The notes below the pieces were generated by a model. It ran no database searches. It was not told the DNA's origin and saw only the letters and a program-made list of their open reading frames with translations. This document shows positions 25,801 through 34,200 of a stretch of 64,000 nucleotides of DNA, piece by piece. Origin of the DNA: Candidatus Omnitrophota bacterium. GTDB taxonomy: Bacteria; Omnitrophota; Omnitrophia; Omnitrophales; Aquincolibacteriaceae. The stretch covers positions 6,583 to 70,582 of the forward strand of contig CAISGE010000058.1 in NCBI GenBank assembly GCA_903884815.1, read 5' to 3'. Made by a program: the position numbers and the translations under genes. Positions within the stretch are counted from its first letter, which is position 1. Each line of letters starts with the position of its first letter.

Positions 25801-28800
25801 GTGGAGCCGGTGAATGAAGAGCTCGATAGACTGAAGCACGAATATCCTTCACTGCGCGTTCTGAGAGTGGAGGGCGAGATTGCATTCAGTATGTTTTTAA
25901 AGCCGCTTTTGGGCGCAATGTTGACGCAGGATTTCAAGGGAAAGGTGGTCGAGGATATCGGGACTGGAAACGGCGTTCTCATGCAGGCCTCCTCGGCGCT
26001 TGGCGCGTCGGGGACGGTGGGGATCGATACGGATCTGGAATCTCTTGAGAAGGCGGATGCAGATTTGAAACGGGCAGGGAAGAAGGGCATTCTTCTCAGA
26101 AAAGATCAGTGGAAAACGGACCCTCCGGGTCTGAATGAAGGCCTGGATTATGTCTTAGTGGAGGCGGATCTTGCGGACTGGTTCGCTCCCGAGAACGCCA
26201 AAGCCCGAACGCGTATCCTGGGAGGGAAGGAGGCCGATATCCGATTGTCGAATTTCGGTTCCTGGCCTGATTACGCGACGCTGGAGGACGTGCTTCGGGG
26301 GGCTTCGGCAGCGCACGACACGCTTGTCGCGGATTCGACTTCGAGAAATATTCCTGTCGTGATGTTGGGAGGATATCGTTTGGGATTTTCCGGCTTTGAC
26401 GTCAATGGTAAGGAGGTGGATAGAACCGCCGGATCTCCCCTCGCGACATTCTCTGAAAAAGGATGGAAGACAGCGTTGTTCGCTTCCGGCAATCTTCAAG
26501 CCATCCTTGCGACCCGGTCTCGCTCGGAGACGCGGGGGGAACTGAAGTTCGATCCAAAGATCGCTAGTAGTGTTTCGCCTCTGCTTGGCATGATGACGGG
26601 ACAAATGCCGGTCTGGTATTTCCTGATGGCGCTTGGGATCGATCCGGCAGCAGTGACGAGAGAAGATCTTCTTTCTTTGGGTGGCGGCGCCTCGGCAATC
26701 AGGCTAGCGCAGAAGCCGATGCTGGGTTTGTCCGTCCCGGAGCTGCAGTCTGCGGTACTCGATACTCTCAGACAGCTGACGAGTCATGACGAAGGGATCT
26801 TCGAAGCCCAAAGTCCACCGTATCTCAGGATCGAAAATGGAAGTCCTGTCGCGATCGTGTGGCCTGTGAGTGAGGGGACCGTGACTTATCCCTTTGAAAA
26901 ATTCACAGAAGCGCTTCAGAACGGGAGTTTCCCGACCGTTTATTCGCCCTCTGAAAAAACCTCTTCTTATGTGAAGATCGCAGTCCGCCAAGGGGTGGTT
27001 CAATCGGGCGTAGCGAAGATCTTGGGGATCGACGTGGCCGGGAAGGTTGCTGCGGATGTGGGTTGCGGATCAGGAGTGGTCAGTGTGGAGATGCTGAAGA
27101 AAGGAGCCGCTTCAGTCAGAGCCCTGGATATCAGTCTTCTCAAGATGATGAATACGCTGATGTCGGTGGCCCTCGACAAGGAGACGGCCCCGCTTCTTGA
27201 CCGCCTGAGACTTTTCCTGAATGAAATGCCTGCCGCGGATTTTTATGCTTTTAACGCGCCCACTCTGGGCGGAGAGACGCAAACGACGAGGGCCCTTTCA
27301 GAATCGATTAAAGCGGGCGAACCCGCCAATTGGGGGATAAGCGACAAGGTGCTAAAAGAAAAGATCCTGGATCAAGCATTTCAAAAGGCGAATCCGGGAG
27401 CGAAGTTCCTGCTGAGGATCTTTTTCAGGCGCCATTATGTTCCTGGCATTGAAGTGGAAGGCTTGGATATATTGGATGTCGACGAACTGCCGTCACTCGA
27501 GAAGCTTGTCGCGGATTCGGGGTGGAAGATCCCCAAGGGCCAGCCGGTGATCGCCGACGATCGCGAGGGACGCAGGTTTACCGCGCAGGCAACTTTTCTT
27601 CTCGACCGCTCCGAGATGCGAAAGATGGTCGTGTCTGAAAAATTTGCCGTAATGCTTCCGGGCTTGGAGGACAGGCACTATGCCTTCCAGATAGAGCGAA
27701 TGCCGCACTCGATCGGCAAATATCAAGAGGCGCCGGAATCATTCATTGTCCGTTTGTACGAAGGGGACCAGGAGAACTCATATGCGGGTATCTCCTTTAT
27801 GGCTTTTCCGTACCAAAAAGTGCTTTATCTGGAGAACTATGGTCCGGACTTTCCGGTTCTGGGAAAGGGGGCGCCCCGGTTAGGTCCCGGGCGCGCTTTG
27901 CTCGCGGAGATCCTGAAACGACTTCCCGAATACGATGGGTTCGATCTTATTGCCAATGGCTCACCGAAAATACGGGAGTCCTTCGCCAAATTCGGCAAAG
28001 GGTTGAATTTTAAGATGAAAGGGGAAATTACGGACGCTTACCGGGAAGAGCTCATCGCACGGGCCGGCTGGTTGCCGAAGAATACGAAAAGAGTGCTCAT
28101 GCATATCTCGACTGGGGAACTGATCCAGTCGGGATATTTAACGCCGGATCAGTTCGACAAATATTTACGTATCGCGTCTCACATGAACATGGTCGCGAAA
28201 ATCTCGCTCAAAGATCTAGAGTCTGACCGTTTGGAGGGCAGCACTGAGACGCGGGCGGAAAAGAGGGACTATTATGAGGTCCTGGGTGTTGCTAGAGACG
28301 CATCCTACGGTCAAATTAAGAAGGCGTACCGGAAAAAGGCTCCGAAGGTTCACCCGGACACGAATCCCAATGACCCGAAGGCCGAGGAAAAATTCAAGGA
28401 ACTCGGGGAGGCGTACGAGGTTTTATCGGATTCCGATAAACGTGCGGCCTATGATCGCTATGGTCATAGTGCCTTTACAGCGGGAGGTGTCACCAGGAGA
28501 GCGGACCCCTACGCGGAATTTAATGCCGCAATGCAAAAAGCTGAAGCAGAGGCAAGAGCCGAACGCGAACGTCAAGCTCAACAAGCTTACGCGAAAGCCA
28601 TTGACGCGTTATTGGGTCTGGCGATCGTCGACGGGATGGATTTTGACGCGGCTCTAAAAGAGTTAAGGCGACTGGAAGGAGTTTTCGGGAAAGCTTCTGA
28701 GCAATGGAGCGCAAAGGACCTTCAGCCGCCTCAGGCTATGGAACAGCTTGCCAAAAAACGCGAGGCGGTGCTTCAGGCTCAGCGGAAAGCGCAGCGGGAT

Positions 28801-30921
28801 CTTGCCGACGCGCAAGCGGCACAAATGCGTGCGGCGATTGGGAGTGCCTCCAACCCGCGTGAGGCGCTCGCATCTCTAACAGTGCTGAATCCCGCCGGAA
28901 ACAAGAAGCTTGGAGAATTTCAGATACAAGGACCCGCGGCAGATGTCTACGGGGAATTGTTTGAACAAGCCAAGAAAGCCGCAGATGCCTATGAAGAACA
29001 AGTGGAGGGAGAACTTAGGAGCCTTACGCAACAAGTAGAGGTGATAGGAAAAGGGATTTCTCCTGAGATGACGCTAGCCCAACTATCCGAAGCAGAAGCC
29101 ACCCTCCAACCTTTTAAAGCCAGGGCTGCGGAAATTTCTCGCGGGAGTGGAGATGCCCATGCAAAGATGGAAGAAGCACTTAAGCGCGTCAGATTTGTTA
29201 TCCACGACCGGATGGTCCCTTTGCTTAAGGTGGAGCTTGACGCATTGCAAGGGAAAATCAAGGCCGTTGGTTTTGTCGCCCGCGAAGGTATCTACGCGGT
29301 GATTGATGGCTTGGAGAGTGACGCCAGGGCCCTTGAAGAGATGCTTGGCGGTGATAAATATCATTTAGACAAGATATGGTTTGCCGGCGCACACGTTGAT
29401 ATCGGAGAGTTGCGAGTGGCTTTACTCCGCGGTGAACTTGAGGCGCTGCAACAGAAAATAAAAAATGTTGGCTTTGAGCCCAAGGAAGAAGTGTATACAG
29501 CGCTTGATGGGCTGGAGACGGACGTTCGAACTTTTGAAGAGAAGGCTCAAGCGGTTCTTAAGAGTAACGAATATTATTTGGGAAAGATCTGGTTTGCCGG
29601 CGCGCAAGTGGATCTTAAGAACACACGAGTAAATCTGCTGCGCAGAGAGCTCGAAGTATTGCAGGGGAAAATCAATGCTGTGGGGTATGAGCCCACGGAA
29701 GGAGCGTATGCCGCGCTGGGTGCTCTGGGGGATGATATTCGTGCACTCGAAGAGAGGGCTCAAAGGGTCCTTAAGAATGATACTATTTATCTGAGCAAGA
29801 TTTGGTTCGCCGGTGCGCAAGTCGATCTTAGGAAACGACAAGTTTATCTCTTGGGAAAAGAACTGGAAGCCATCAAGGACCGGGTTTCGAATGGCGATCC
29901 CGGAGTGCTTGAAGAATCGGTGACGGAACTTGAAGCGAAAGCGAACCGGGTGCTTCAAGAAAATCAGTTCTATTTCGGGAAAATTCCGTTTGCAGATGTT
30001 CGTTTTCATATCAAGCAAAGGCGTGAACGGGTGACACCGGAGGACGATCGCCCCCGTCGCGGCGAACTTCGCGTGTCTGATGCCGTGCTCGTCGGGGGGG
30101 CGCTCAAACCGGGAGGGAACCGGGAGATCCCTGAGGCGGTGGCGGTGAAGATCACGACGAAAAGCATCGAGGAGCTGGAGGCTTTCATTTCATCCGTTGC
30201 AAAAGCGGCGGAAGCGGAGGCTCTGGCGATGGGCGCGGCGGAAGCCTTGCCGAGTCAGGAGATGGCCGATGCATTCAAGCAGCATGGCGATAGCGTGGAC
30301 GCAAAATTCCGGGATCTCTTTAAGGCCTACGTTCAGAAACCGCACGCGACCGGTGACGGGACTTTATCGATCGGGTTAGTGATGGACCCGGATGGAAATG
30401 ACTTGTTCTTTAAAGCCTTGGTGGCGGCGCTTGCTGAGTCTCAGTGCCCGGTTGAGTTGCTGGGCCTTGCCGATGCGCTCAATAGTCCGGAATTCCAGCC
30501 ATTGATCAAGCAAAAGCAGATCAAGCTGCGTCCTCTTCACCCCCAGGATTTCAGAAAACCCATCGGGATCCGGGGGGGGAGTGAGGCCCCTGTCGCGCTG
30601 GGTGCCTCATTCCAGAATGTTCCGATGAACGAAATGTTCCACAAGGTATCGCTGGACCTTGGAGATGGCTCCATAGATGCGTTGACGAGCGCGCATTCGA
30701 AGAAGCTTTTCGCCTACGCGCCGGTTTTGATAGGCTTGTTTGTCCAGGAGGATGCGTATCAGGAGCAGAAGCCGGAGAATAAAGCCGCTTATCTCCAGCA
30801 CCGGCTGGAAGAGGTTCTCGGAATACCCATCAGAATAGACACGAACAACGGTGCTTTTTCCATCGTCGCCTCCGAGGTCCAGGCCTATATCGCCCAACTC
30901 GCCGTTGGCACTGCTGCCTAA
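1882..30921 (+). CDS. Giant modular protein A (9,679 aa): signal peptide, TraB/Tiki-like N-domain, ~22 RxExR-delimited cargo modules, C-terminal domain ending in AA
   Basis: Uninterrupted 29 kb ORF with a hydrophobic signal peptide (..TSVTWA|D), many recognisable domains in one frame, and an AT-rich upstream region. Confidence 0.95.
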   Translation: MMKKSITKIQSHGAVTKAIALAVAFVFTCTSVTWADPAAASKTSLVAPAPVGDLALDLGKVSLPAEMGKIVETYRGTGDKTVVLVQDAHSIPDAQRSIRSVIEFFQKSYGVSTVGLEGAASELDAQIFKSFPDKERLERTFDQYAARGELTGGSAAAIFSKAPAEYHGIEDWKLYEQGIALYLAATKAGEAAGQQLAEEEMKLEGEKATVYSKELLEVDRALRDFEANKIDLAALLVSLNRYLAPTAGSELAVLTAEVDREGVSDIPVETEIKEIANKAEAFLKADPSTAGDFKTLNGKVQEFRTAQITPQAFALYLKEIVKRHGIKVKVSAKLARLVQDQKLLRDIEGTKLFGDLKRYEDQVKASLMRPTDTPGVDRVEAMRELDRRSRGLDLLKRLAKLELSFEDWTIVKRSTVNGQRSTNTPGVEYRSGNGNTPGVDRVEQLSIDPILLSRLEENIQFYRVAEQRDAAFFKNLSSLMQKDFRRTPYALRQTPRSALLIAGGFHTGGMTRIFKEQGISYLLIQPKIAQMPTEPLYREHMQGKVSWSKYFEVRDGQVNLYDAFVRGARDQLLGTVDLKNPLSAVLPTPYSVRKDWRDQILRDLAAEGRITEASSYTRFIDELSSSAVHRTPYAEEWLANIRKFGEGLKQLKLGGTLTVANIQQLVRSITIPAMAIGAELSPDSTSLPLVRPESDSRNLAQSISGDWKDEPAKPESRAPDAIVHNEGERRELREKRKREILDCDLMKNLQSRYPRVMSFVAEFLEPDHILKERIMNEIDGLEDAAVLAEVNNGLNQFPETRGVNEYGLYNPATVETLFLTLTAGIEDIPQVLASISAVASSMSIERMKQSKDESYVIKRIEHFYLFFHALEILSKTQGKALIDRFERALAEARAESRTPKGKAVVSETPSDKVRVPDEPWKNFPNFSKNLQAALRQIFEEINNAYGNKILLASITPECSIMKGTAMPYSDADGLIVIHDFKTSEELIEAQKVLERKMTRNFINVAEKGFEMPSWISVEEIKAARKKQAGAPEPHLGKQILRKASWAVHYFSRVYEAKDTIEALAIPKLDKPGSLPRNQNKLLYREDLFRLWPSLSPDLKKLVWQIHMALTPHGNVDNERPEISGTYEQIKELEKLGLLTIRRETPFERDRKPGEKPSRINAVATWVQVTLDLKEANGQKGLYRSESRTPKGKAVVSETPAARPEAGGQTHAIPPAMAAANTEDLEKPLVLSASFKVGPDADEEGLRNISRQVNRDLLPQDLEIPSAGLRLERDPQDFLNLVEGDNAEESLIVGIFIHNAVDAIADLAEAEKRPIEGRITLTLSRQGRNILVELSDNGIGIPRTILRRFSEEGPVTTKPPPHTGKRLGGFGVGRAQIYGVVAERKGSVEIETRTSREGAWKKVIDYGTYRAMGRNGVGSRLRPSGRQTVGTTIRWIIPANRSETREVTTSPAVTAEEIEAIDRVSVAIRSLFHGANNPVEISVDLEHIKIMLFSLAGIQNSGYIAKFMDKVIAGLKTLGEEFRDASRAGTLTAANARQYGKRLSDLLEEIKRREAKLKIMRTELTGTPERQLAVKNKATEEAINKKREIFSDIFESFDLVIGKLQSRVEIATGSTASYASQDVARILDEIRGQFKNVKVENKLSAPVMVHANPWALHSALWVIIDNAVSYSEGEDGQYKTVQVTLAEENGKARIDVRDLGAGTNDFKDIDSVTQRPRPFNRDFSKRPGGTGIGLTEAWIVLVKAMGGTIEVHSVPGEGTTFTIRLPIRSEGRNRKTPAAGGAESVLKVDGLFDTKKILEMVNAGLLDHIKVFVFDYDGTLAPDRKPMSSEMVEALLALLATGRKVIILTNADFIRLKVSLDGSVARNGKTIQANLRAEDELWVYGERGGSARRMRPAGYESFPDHAIAYAPGAVEAITAAFESIRDNFKADPAFAGQELKLQVFNDVATNPWCFVRFKLMGDREIPEKKMIQIGASLRKFLKDRGIKLPKGTGPFVFKKPYSYPTEIDGIQYASGVYHIAFLPSEKRKALREKIIPLHCDGKVEEMFYAGDGFFKGSDKEVEGVKDLTKANVEDPDGTLEIANAFLARFNNVSAAADDSRAETREARYAALREERDLNVWSGLFTGYQDAFARGEKGTTRPVLSPYALSPMKLARKVLIEERTRGAFASRLDFIERFARMKFDDSEIHGLDPGAVAEWAILHLNQAFLNRYSVLQEVDSVSLSYEEWRTLLEEIRASEPALFEYLDFEGYLDSTVAFQPYTGESNIEAQLKDPRHPETAIIVKMIAMKLFGENPQMLDGMHLTKGTHISLSSGLVVSEEVDRSGESAAELLDDFFTVEEWTSHALMDPDWGYYGSGKVVFGNHFNTAPQTLRPYFGKLVAEQAFKMWRGMRDAGTIHRGESFHVREPAAGDGQLMEDFLQHALERSAADADWKEFYEALLYEAIEPNPVTAQGIRARNHGLETSGKIRVWQEDAFQFFNRARTKPVKGVVISNEFLDNMPTHQIRISRSGKVEVGVVMPRISKRALSYFARRGFLNDQPGIRFIPDRDDPDYFLVSKGTFLVMRKQLEKPENSIFKTLLRGEMELALTYVDAAGFPELENYAKINEKEIHEAMERMEGEEDHLTAMVSLKNVEYLGLVKDSLSAGYVFTLDYGFPADLVFSPAMRQMDIYHDPRREINYYSDVGDFDITFKQDLSFVMRSAEALSLKTKFLGNEGALTAGTGIDLGSYEARKTMFRAGFQRLRDAFGQNSKSNLAQSGFDAADRASLASLIQAVVEQFPLDELSEAAAKKQSTLAILRSFARKALTASASEHDAQAESEIQMMMVPLVEGLQNYIHVTDAQTEAFLKASQRDEMGVPFSVLLAVHQVPHTDDHYEYPEGFEDLRYLLLGEGEASRSTPEAGGARPWNAILDKLIRNMKNSHNDCVLKGREALINKLEADERDRGAFSQADFANRLLPILSEHVSGVETHELLGWFHRALFPPASGERRSETHSKSASEPGSRAGHSTAVTLSEVLAAPDAAMKFQIPDIKNPGRMIELERIVPKEDEPVAKREGLLAGTRLLSFNVAGLKDSILTLKYSEADNVVEVLYISVRGGQDRGLAQSVYQWIARTAPPGHRILISPFNEPAQLVFLRSVELAGIELVIDRRTLNDRDIIEALNVPADQNQMDSLDYLRLVLTHPRLERTFVEGRTPDGVTGIIFRQRPSETVKAGEGDWLALGPGERTAQELRIKVRGMRPGGSVVEEATAIFRPAGYFEIVDQRGDEILSGRLSVVPVTKISGNPVRSETRLDEIDDYVPEPFDVTVSGVATAGQLLHLRPIKGLRPILKAFPHARGRLTLLDSSDGTATTADVRSIMSILLMTVQPGVKILVETGGENAQGFFDAIISWIEANDEKSLPVMIGQSADILALSGVKYAAQDPEELAAVSAEKIRKLAGDSAKNSEGEVPNASVVLRWKNPVSRKKDIQLAVAPSWIGHLLSHPDLAAAAGMAMTGKPGGPDLKLHGYYRLLVDFDGHKKLVSITILPDVGVFDESKKPGAPQKERVKAEKQFRDDVILLARFCAKMTEAYGLTEREKDAIQVDILGFDEWAAALRAKERGTPISDEDREEGGAITLSQLKALAAWPLENPWHIENFGDRSEVRAPEVLPSVASIYERLPAAINELLGEAGLSETELAAARNMTELLTDIYKDMGLAGEEFYHNMAHNLEVTYLSLLAAAGRPEGPNAWDAKILFVSSMLHDFHVRKPHMNPPVVEQTLRQLKPVFHNEPAVGLEAADVPVYEALFTTERQAALKAALAGVLGDVPLLEAVPAIEAIIRRSDFDPSPVESENISARFLQALYKIPAGSQQRHVVNLAWLMQMIDYAGFYCLLDQEAVLQKVIPGLANEKGADKASAEGTYRYFLKLKLASGDNEGDTALAIVRLLPEVFRRNLLSSFASFAALSKASDSWKAKEPEVCAKLGVEMYETRIPEYRVWVRLIEAEIRESPLEMWEGMKESFVSGIYEGRRVLPDDLVSFLKAFAESHLKLLTSAAAPGGESQVPESSEKGNILKNIRAIRDHLWKFFDSGQYPDPEIHRTILKLNAILRSESRTPPEGKAPGKTVWDRVKTVFVWAMWITGGVLCLGIPLAGIILYHWDKGLSGVPMGLYLGGACLAIGDSFFFERIVERWQKRITSYFETRLMHWMRQHEPSLWYLILSYKTDDAKDRLLKIYRDRFFRKSSFEKYMNAVNKVLESIRAVHPDLWVDVLALLNGGLLYDEYGRGEKDMGIVRDLVTDDILFGDLKPKPEAPEVVEFIASGLSRDFGRIKFGDDPFSSTDHEKFISLFNRLPKHFGIRVLRFGKNKYALGVSLIEAHGPEYRWPLIKQWGKIFINRTALATSLVETPSVKPTAISRERERFSPDRLPESVKLKEGNTRLVYLAFPYPDEGNYPSPDAQGPLYPRGLRGRPSENISDHIFFELGDGKILPKYSTDDEAPAYAVVIDLPADLAKQALLMEAHDVPAPDAKGQLTFDPAFANLAFLFSEKSKPNIIGVIDRATLEFIPNESRSEARPGVVRDPQQVVAYVNEILKRFPDSLASEWKARLEGFRTFSPAPGRYEGMVAELKEFTVALNDSVMKARGSAGFQAVLPVVIDLDGFVSALPRSEMHSSTSGSGNQRLDAYETKGGRTTVAKKLLKVGLWAGLPPVIAAVIVNFAALFYLKHHEERVYPGDGFELGVYPYAQVDGKNIFYVSNGPLYGESTKIKGERFNIGLVRSMGKTINIYNPNASGSAQQKAIFLKNKSGEIRIIAAADFSAEKYPLEDWPDAFQAGPLAVIDGKINESIYSWNESHDGRKVFIGVDATQRNLFVLELYGNDAAGYTAPGTKEFKMKVERFVHGHAILDGMWTDGGTMGKEPGQRKPVTVLGGKLIPQAGPRNERRLNPIDSSNSKRTWILGSVIAALAIGMLIVKVVEPSSSEKEAELRRNGEHSQTIVPAPLEGGPQVTRRAPRQVNVPYDDATLQEIKKVKKDVASQFGMTVDGYPRPFKKFLDEYLGSRYLANPKDPLLLTKDLPTLCEHALKNHPQLIWEPGNRPLPRAGEIVIEENISELEPLRLSNGDIIQTAIPTIYLNYKEIMPLENVPEPGGPRSEMRRKRETLTSASNPEEIVAGGRVASRREFQKAIEGSARTKIVGPQWMRYRKLENAADASRFLKNGKVDILETKQWGGPYISSPSPGFLHPIFADVREKTHLVVELTPSAVEKAGYVGAPGASGEFFLRDVERAWIVKDEESGRIRYQEVRLVGDRMLARAIRYWIQNWKEKITEILDSWRKVLGEDEMNALFEKLKAEGGIPKGITIDAKADAAGGVLIDIRRRTTRDRPVTLLRFKPQWIADPEDKDMQIQVPGQRITRIFAGGGKLYVEYLSSRELFPERRYRVVDLKDPREMKSEDLSQAELGAKSPEILKIFRPSRQGFKKIYSESKKHQLWVEAVLGLGAVGALFDRFLTPETVNAVVLWAKPVFYDLYNKTSRDPVYFWMGAYLAFAIGGLAYHAGLFGVIFEYIRLPFGLMAMGIRFVAAGGAYLLETITYVTPIPDSLYDLGFMNRSPDAGDIEKLRSTESMSGNPAGILGIKTGGERSETRLQANLAISDVEASQLAREVSNILGQGTTLLRKETIKINDQSFDVEATEEMMPLNNEEIYKQPVYANRITRIGSFVFVIPPHGETREEIEQQFAKLRKSSDLFRNYEGNVLVVEGTAFDYADEHMIHPQTRFAIALMLSEAKALRGEVFEDYGTGPGILSRVAFRLGARKGIMYEKERGALKLARAHLNAEGLREDTDFFIVRQDLLSTQNAGSLLKRLGRLFGFGLQRDAELRDAQNEASIALINIGPEYGEVNYQADSLASSHPGERLLINTGYLLAEPADVAMQKQQIENATLLLKKDGWKVDRVELPEGYAALVARRQSQNQRNEMRAEKYAVKIPGAGNGRTTEVWLDGELALALRNMPAGTSVTLWGSAAVAMLLAQRGPLAAHRLGDFIGDVDLVIHHGDESAIRSAFLRAGEQAQEKPLSVSIHEPSLLDKLHNTMHFTAYDLPLRITVGEDRQLTIEFDTQPATATGQESRERDISAYLEDLLNKRLVTPWPAMSIEDAIRGVRAMLVFGLMPDKVELQKIKDVLTVEEPWIGKSAFLRDLDRAGSDGLALLKDQGLLDTRLKEWLIGRSPTEFPEKRNEMRVVEAAQIENLLREERHPFEYYIEDPVLAYPIDEAPAWILDHLKLANMLVFPQTQGAPFTNPAGESLAGFYVMLKFRNGDINPYLVGHDYFEREYSGEEDPVKRENFIDDNGLKTGGLDFGEKTPLFQKRHPVKLFKMSELPNYPVWENISIRHPNGVLQEKPAGEDAYILQDMDGKIEMTPGDIPSGYQSLKLINQDRLALEGFTVGKPLTDMAIQGVKSLGQGGSSRVYPMKGMPGFVLRLPLPGLSVSEINQAEEELFTQAKLMELFNKDGGIETLSALDKMGTMDNGTLYMVRSGPWKAYTMESGEAEKIPPVEKVRILRLMLETLAWVHRHGFHGDIKPENILVEEGTLEPKLNDFSAVRATNIHDPGSYRIVGETAGYSPTDILGPVYEDLPINPAWDIHAFARTILAILSAPPEADTGYSRIENVIWRMKKYGNYKLFEADLLGDLLGETLPGIGLSPVWDQFLMSTIAWRFVSSARSQRQTVPKAQWQGVLNQALSIRMRPEDYQPYRARLDGETQALVDKLLRGETMTDREIVHINRRVLELSSPDQIAKAPKPEVDGNVDLFLEKIPQAQKEALRPLIQLALTRGYEVLPEGYSAQKFLEEFDAATKVLFPDGAPFVHGLRQRAEIRSPEQIPELVRGQAPTTSGIKEGENRAETRTSSVMSRRNFLKGAVVAASVAALPTPGLAFSSSPAQTTAKVIVPILPENGFYDDEGFSFVDIYDMDRSADSAQDREKLYAPRLYAYKNGEAYRVLESGERVRSDFWTENIKNRGRFTSLPILIPQHIKEAGLFPSKAETDDEDWLLAQVRDHTRWAAGAVYSLLRSASPRIMESLTDLMAAEDPSPKLAIARELGRTDWWRSDAGEFSDRSRIVGLRSQRFTDAYIDYVKHHGRGKDIYGHDAVEYFSRYLRNRFKYTQAGSRYVIGPRSHFYATSQPGLTPTNIKALMDIIFKQKFYEIIPALYFNDVGGFLGEFSTKENSAPLDTKARPEGIQREYGVAPEEWEVWFLRGTYEGCHWMRNNGAKEWEQEWSRVHDNVYFDERSDRNRDDVIRLVKNPDKSMEVRELALELTVMSGSVPSFDLLDDILSGRQCPELQDTSRRLNQIYAFRRPGVTDHVLFSVANNHWVQGILAVGGGAAVYFIGRKIWRDLSDRGSGYPRTRTIWDRPPFSERLRRWAENLWIDARNKVADLWNKAVGVAEIINQKFLKMKLQAFAFWLQPKMFARERGVPALIGMAAYGIFAVRNRIAEFNRSVSHVFYRFAISGWVNRRVNIFFDRNQPVQEQIQGAFNRFAGTLGEHPEPTFIRVTLPELKERKKFRRGFEQNSLDVAKILMRSFKYFEKDYIALLKRSPEVIEFVFLDDPSSPAGWVQMDASAVHINLHGLDVAKWGTDIEKVSGTLRHEIFHKLDFHHRVFTQPEWFQAVREAGFDGFFDGDKYLPLDEIERSTGFVPAASDTEMPGILQGDGTVDLFQVVDADGNTVQRGWRDFVDHVYARMRKANYRSWVHQGADGEKRVYTNLMTYLMESFLFPQEMKTWEKRVEEEGFKVHVTFSEPEAYRFFTPHEYLAEFAMAYFEKGADRKKIVQEWAGGAYLDRLLQKIMSEKAGITLASDRRTEAQISEKAVTSEKSPAQGMPGELLAVGRPEIRSPGQFPELVRVRAPITSGIKEGEKRAETRSGNAGNPVTEEAIPAEAFKKLHELIDDPKVTGQYRVRHKFLDGESVLGSGHMFPVFMHRYSDEETIKTACLRVGSLLVVSDEYLNVEPVNEELDRLKHEYPSLRVLRVEGEIAFSMFLKPLLGAMLTQDFKGKVVEDIGTGNGVLMQASSALGASGTVGIDTDLESLEKADADLKRAGKKGILLRKDQWKTDPPGLNEGLDYVLVEADLADWFAPENAKARTRILGGKEADIRLSNFGSWPDYATLEDVLRGASAAHDTLVADSTSRNIPVVMLGGYRLGFSGFDVNGKEVDRTAGSPLATFSEKGWKTALFASGNLQAILATRSRSETRGELKFDPKIASSVSPLLGMMTGQMPVWYFLMALGIDPAAVTREDLLSLGGGASAIRLAQKPMLGLSVPELQSAVLDTLRQLTSHDEGIFEAQSPPYLRIENGSPVAIVWPVSEGTVTYPFEKFTEALQNGSFPTVYSPSEKTSSYVKIAVRQGVVQSGVAKILGIDVAGKVAADVGCGSGVVSVEMLKKGAASVRALDISLLKMMNTLMSVALDKETAPLLDRLRLFLNEMPAADFYAFNAPTLGGETQTTRALSESIKAGEPANWGISDKVLKEKILDQAFQKANPGAKFLLRIFFRRHYVPGIEVEGLDILDVDELPSLEKLVADSGWKIPKGQPVIADDREGRRFTAQATFLLDRSEMRKMVVSEKFAVMLPGLEDRHYAFQIERMPHSIGKYQEAPESFIVRLYEGDQENSYAGISFMAFPYQKVLYLENYGPDFPVLGKGAPRLGPGRALLAEILKRLPEYDGFDLIANGSPKIRESFAKFGKGLNFKMKGEITDAYREELIARAGWLPKNTKRVLMHISTGELIQSGYLTPDQFDKYLRIASHMNMVAKISLKDLESDRLEGSTETRAEKRDYYEVLGVARDASYGQIKKAYRKKAPKVHPDTNPNDPKAEEKFKELGEAYEVLSDSDKRAAYDRYGHSAFTAGGVTRRADPYAEFNAAMQKAEAEARAERERQAQQAYAKAIDALLGLAIVDGMDFDAALKELRRLEGVFGKASEQWSAKDLQPPQAMEQLAKKREAVLQAQRKAQRDLADAQAAQMRAAIGSASNPREALASLTVLNPAGNKKLGEFQIQGPAADVYGELFEQAKKAADAYEEQVEGELRSLTQQVEVIGKGISPEMTLAQLSEAEATLQPFKARAAEISRGSGDAHAKMEEALKRVRFVIHDRMVPLLKVELDALQGKIKAVGFVAREGIYAVIDGLESDARALEEMLGGDKYHLDKIWFAGAHVDIGELRVALLRGELEALQQKIKNVGFEPKEEVYTALDGLETDVRTFEEKAQAVLKSNEYYLGKIWFAGAQVDLKNTRVNLLRRELEVLQGKINAVGYEPTEGAYAALGALGDDIRALEERAQRVLKNDTIYLSKIWFAGAQVDLRKRQVYLLGKELEAIKDRVSNGDPGVLEESVTELEAKANRVLQENQFYFGKIPFADVRFHIKQRRERVTPEDDRPRRGELRVSDAVLVGGALKPGGNREIPEAVAVKITTKSIEELEAFISSVAKAAEAEALAMGAAEALPSQEMADAFKQHGDSVDAKFRDLFKAYVQKPHATGDGTLSIGLVMDPDGNDLFFKALVAALAESQCPVELLGLADALNSPEFQPLIKQKQIKLRPLHPQDFRKPIGIRGGSEAPVALGASFQNVPMNEMFHKVSLDLGDGSIDALTSAHSKKLFAYAPVLIGLFVQEDAYQEQKPENKAAYLQHRLEEVLGIPIRIDTNNGAFSIVASEVQAYIAQLAVGTAA
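3119..3146 (+). repeat. Heptamer tandem repeat (GGTCAAC)x4 inside the coding sequence
   Basis: ggtcaacggtcaacggtcaacggtcaac; neighboured by TPGVDRVE-coding 24-bp repeats at 2998-3021 and 3187-3210. Confidence 0.9.
3334..3787 (+). repeat. Three degenerate heptamer arrays (CGCCTTA / CCGTACT type) at 3334-3368, 3632-3659 and 3761-3787
   Basis: cgccgta-cgcctta-cgcctta-cgccaga; ccgtact-ccctact-ccgtact-ccgtacg; ccgtaca-ccgtact-ccgtacg. Confidence 0.8.
4562..4608 (+). repeat. 47-bp exact direct repeat, copy 1 (linker [16 protein letters not shown])
   Basis: Identical to 5432-5478. Confidence 0.95.
4573..5427 (+). other. Module: pol-beta-type nucleotidyltransferase-like, possibly degenerate
   Basis: [17 protein letters not shown] resembles the GS...G.....SDxD signature, with Gly replaced by Cys. 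Confidence 0.4.
5432..5478 (+). repeat. 47-bp exact direct repeat, copy 2
   Basis: Identical to 4562-4608. Confidence 0.95.
5443..6198 (+). other. Module: HATPase_c (GHKL) domain
   Basis: IHNAVDA (N box), SDNGIGI (G1), TTK, GGFGVG (G2), GTTIRWIIP. Confidence 0.85.
6214..7179 (+). other. Module: histidine kinase core (H-box-like plus HATPase_c)
   Basis: [53 protein letters not shown]. Confidence 0.85.
7195..8175 (+). other. Module: HAD-IIB phosphatase/phosphomutase-like
   Basis: FVFDYDGTL (motif I), ILTN (motif II), K..YAGDG....SD (motifs III/IV). Confidence 0.8.
8191..10839 (+). other. Module containing a MidA/NDUFAF7-like SAM methyltransferase
   Basis: [44 protein letters not shown]. Confidence 0.8.
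11743..12060 (+). other. Module start: HPr-like phosphocarrier domain
   Basis: LHLRP (cf. GLHARP, His15) and [12 protein letters not shown] (cf. KSIMG, Ser46). Confidence 0.7.
12799..14124 (+). other. Module: HD-superfamily phosphohydrolase-like
   Basis: FYHNMAH...SSMLHDF...later D. Confidence 0.65.
15808..16608 (+). other. Module: N-terminal TM helix plus phosphodiester glycosidase (NAGPA)-like domain
   Basis: [27 protein letters not shown]. Confidence 0.55.
18724..19698 (+). other. Module: PrmA-like class I methyltransferase
   Basis: [27 protein letters not shown]-terminal W...GYAALVARR. Confidence 0.75.
19714..20478 (+). other. Module: CCA/poly(A)-polymerase-like nucleotidyltransferase, divergent
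   Basis: LWGSAAV...GDVDLVI and EDAIRGVRA (cf. EDPLRxLRA). Confidence 0.5.
21130..21800 (+). other. Hanks-type Ser/Thr kinase domain within module 20494-22386
   Basis: [27 protein letters not shown] (DFG variant), TAGYSP, DIHAF. Confidence 0.85.
22387..22489 (+). repeat. ~102-bp linker repeat, copy 1 ([17 protein letters not shown])
   Basis: About 11 mismatches versus 25444-25546 by manual alignment. Confidence 0.9.
22489..25443 (+). other. Module(s): internal Tat-like signal, TM segment and HExxH zinc-peptidase-like domain
   Basis: [20 protein letters not shown] at 22501; [10 protein letters not shown] (HEIFH at 24718) with downstream HEYLAEFA. Confidence 0.65.
25444..25546 (+). repeat. 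~102-bp linker repeat, copy 2 ([17 protein letters not shown])
   Basis: Near-identical to 22387-22489. Confidence 0.9.
25546..27606 (+). other. Two consecutive class I SAM-methyltransferase modules, split by RSETR at 26521
   Basis: [19 protein letters not shown] and [19 protein letters not shown]. Confidence 0.8.
28255..28480 (+). other. DnaJ J-domain
   Basis: [21 protein letters not shown]...HPD.NP...[26 protein letters not shown], with HPD intact. Confidence 0.95.
29220..30000 (+). repeat. ~3.5 tandem 71-aa (213-nt) helical repeats with a KIWFAGAxVD core
   Basis: Trp codons of KIWF at 29377, 29590 and 29803 (period 213); a degenerate fourth copy KIPFAD near 29980. Confidence 0.9.
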
Positions 30922-30953
30922 TTATCATTAATTTCTTGATTGGAAATTAGCGT

Positions 30954-31046
30954 CGCCCTTGTCGGACATTAATGGAATGAAATAAACGACAAGGGCGCAT
31001 AGCCTCCCCCTAGCGACCATTTCAACTGCGCTAGATGAAATGGTCG
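30954..31046. other. Two 11-bp inverted repeats in the intergenic region (possible terminator or processing stems)
   Basis: cgcccttgtcg/cgacaagggcg (30954-30964/30987-30997) and cgaccatttca/tgaaatggtcg (31014-31024/31036-31046). Confidence 0.6.
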
Positions 31047-31135
31047 AATGCATCTCTCAGATGGCCCATTTTTTAGTAAATCTAAAAAATATCTGCAACT
31101 CATTCCACCGTAATTACTTATGGTGTCCATCGAAT

Positions 31136-31170
31136 TTGACACCTATGGGAAGTTATGTTACCTTTATAAT
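31136..31170 (+). promoter_or_regulatory. Putative sigma70 promoter for giant gene B
   Basis: TTGACA (31136) + 17 nt + TACCTT preceded by TG; a TATAAT follows immediately at 31165. Confidence 0.5.
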
Positions 31171-31248
31171 GAACATTAAATAAGTGTTTAGTTCTGTCTC
31201 TCGTATAGAGAGAATTAAAATACCAGCCCAAAGGAAGTTACCGTTTAA

Positions 31249-34200
31249 ATGACGCAGTCCGAACTGTTTTCACAATTCTGGAAGCGCTCTGTCTCTCTGG
31301 GCGTTGCTCTGTCTTTTCTCGTGACAAGTGTGATCACGAATCCCGGTGTGGGCTATGGACAAACCGCGGGTATCGACTTTGCGAGAATCTTTTCAGCGCC
31401 AGTTGACCGGATGGCGGGACTTGCCGGATTGCCGGCGGAGATCGGCTCGGTTGTTGAAACATCAATTCGACAGACCCTAGACCACAGACCACAGACCACA
31501 GAAAAAAATGCAAGCCCTGCGGACCGTGGACCGCGGACTGAGGACTCGCTTGTCATTCTCCTCCAGGACGCTCACGCGAATCCAACCGCTCAGGAGAATA
31601 TTCGGCAGATCCTCCGCTATCTTTCCGGAAAATACAAAAATATGACCGTCGCTGTTGAAGGTTCCTCCGGCCAACTGCGCCCCGATTATTTCGATGTCAT
31701 CAAAAACCATCCCAAGGCCGGCGAGGCGATCCTTCGCGACCTCAGCGCCAAAGGCGAGATCACCGGAGCTGAGCTTTTTGCCTTTGAAGAGGCAAAAAAG
31801 TACGCAGTACGGGGTACGGCGTACGGCGAAAACGAGTCAGGTGGAAGGCTTACGGAGTATGGCGTGAAAGATTTAAACCCCGTACGCGGTACGCCTTCCG
31901 CCGTACGCGTCATGGGCGTTGAAAACACCGCGCTCTACCGCGAAGACTTGGAATTATTCCGTTCGGTTCAGAAAGATTTTCCTTCGATCACGAAGGCCCT
32001 CTTGCCCGTCCACGCGGCGCTGGATCAGGAAGCCTCCCGTGTTCTTTCACCCGAGCTGCGGGATTTCCTGAAGGAACGCGAGCGCCGGAAGAATGGCAAA
32101 TTCACAGCCTCTCAAACCGCCGGGGATCCTAATATCGCGGCCTATTCCAACTATCTCGCGAAACAGTCGAACAAGGTCCTGGCGATTGATCTTTCCGATG
32201 CCTTTGAGCAGTTGCGCTATCCGAATCTCATGCGCCTTCTCGCTCTCCAGAAGGATAAAGAAATCACGGATCCGGAGGCCGTCACCGCCGCGTGGGAAAA
32301 ATTCATGATCGATCTCGGCAATAAGATCTCCCAGGAAAAGGAATTTCTTTCGGCGCTGCGCTACTTTGCGGTCACGAACGGGCTTGTTCAGTCAAAGCGT
32401 CCGGCGGGGGAACTTCCGTTCCTCTATTCCAAAGAACTTCTTCCAAGAAAACTGCTTGAGTATCTCTATCACCTGAAGACCTCGGCCGGAATCCGGATGG
32501 AGGACTATCCGGTGGTTTTGAAGTCCTTCCGTTCGCTGATCCTGCGCTGCGAGATCGATGCCGCGGGCCTTTTTGAGGAAATGGATTCGCTTGAAGGCCT
32601 GATCACAGCCAAGCTCGCGGTAAGCGACGCGGAGAAAGCGCTCGTCAAACGTTTCGCGTTCCTTGAAAGACTTGAGAAAGCACTCCGACTCGAACTCGAT
32701 CGCAAAGAATACCGCGCTCTTGTGGCGGAGAAGGCATCCCTCCAGGAATTCACCAAGGCTTCGGACTTGCTTGCTGCGTCGCTTGACCGCGCGCTGAAAT
32801 TTTATGAACTTGCCGAGAAGCGCGACAGCGTGTTGCTCGAAAATGCCCTTGAGCTCGAAGCGGAAGGCGTACGTCGTACGGCGGATGACGGAAAATCAGG
32901 CTTGGCGCCTTCCGCCCTACACCTTCCGCTTTCCGAGGTGATTGTTCTTATCACCGGCGGCTTTCACACGGACGGGATCAAGGCGATCCTGGAGGAAAAG
33001 GGGATCCAGCACGCGGTCGTGATGCCGCGGATCACGTCGACCGATCACGGGGAGGCGTATCTTAAGACCATGAACGGCTCTAATTCCGACCTCTCAGCTT
33101 ATTTTAATGTCGCGAACCCGTTCCGGACAAAGCAGCAGGCCATTATTTTTAAAGGCATCATCGAAAACGCCGCTCCGTCTCTTGTTCAAGACGAAAATCT
33201 TTCCGTCTCGCAGGCCGCGAACCTTGTCCAGGACGCACTTACGAATCACCCGCTGCTCGCGAACGCCCTTCGCGCTGAATTTGCTCCCGTCATCCTGAGC
33301 GGAGCGAAGGATCTCAGCCGAGATTCTTCGGCTGGCGAGCCTCAGAATGACGAGTTGATCCATACGCTCATCATCACACCCGTTCAATTCCGTCCAACGC
33401 TGTCCGGCAATTCCGCCATTCCCGCGGAGCTCCTTTTCAGTCCCGATTATGAATCGACGGTGAGCACGGCGCCTTTTTCCGCCGCTGAAGTTACGATGAT
33501 GCCAGCGGGGAATATTGTCCGGCCGGTGGCGCTGTCATCCAAAAAAGTTTCGTTGAAATCGACCCGCGCCGAGACGCGGTCTTTTAAAAAAGCCGATCGC
33601 TCTGAGAAGCGGGATGAGCCATGGTTCCGGGCCAAGCGGCCTCTCAGAGACGGTGCCATTGCCGCGGCGATGATCGGGGCTTCCATCCTTTTGGTCCTCG
33701 CGCATCCCGGCTGGTATTTTGTCGTGCGCAACGGTCTGGGGCAGCTCGTCGGCCACCTGGCTTCGAGCCTTTTGGATAAAAAGTTCAACTTGCAGCGCTA
33801 CTTCCGGGCGGCCGCGTTCGGCGCGGGGTGGGCCCTGATCATTCCTCTTTACGCTTTCTGGATCCCCACGCTTCGGATCGCGCCGGTGGCGGGAGCGCAG
33901 CTGGATCTTTTCGGTTTCGCGCAGATTGGTGTCCTGGCCGGTTTCACGATCCTTGGAGAGATCTTCCTTCCGGCCCGGGATGGTGAGGGGACTTTGGGGC
34001 GGTTCTGGAGGACACTGAAATTCCAGACGAAGAACATCATTTACGCGGAAGGGGGATTTTTCATCAAGCAGATCACCTATTGGACGGCGCTCTCGGGGCT
34101 CTACTACGCTTCGGTCATTTCATTTCCCGCATTTTCACAGCTTATTGTGATCGCCGCCATGATCTTTGCGCTCCCGCAAGCCCTTGAATCCGTCCTTACA

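Noticed and set aside
28255-28480. Housekeeping dnaJ gene
   Set aside because: Only the J-domain is present, embedded in the giant ORF without zinc-finger or C-terminal domains. For the same reason no prmA, ptsI, ptsH or glnD symbols were assigned.
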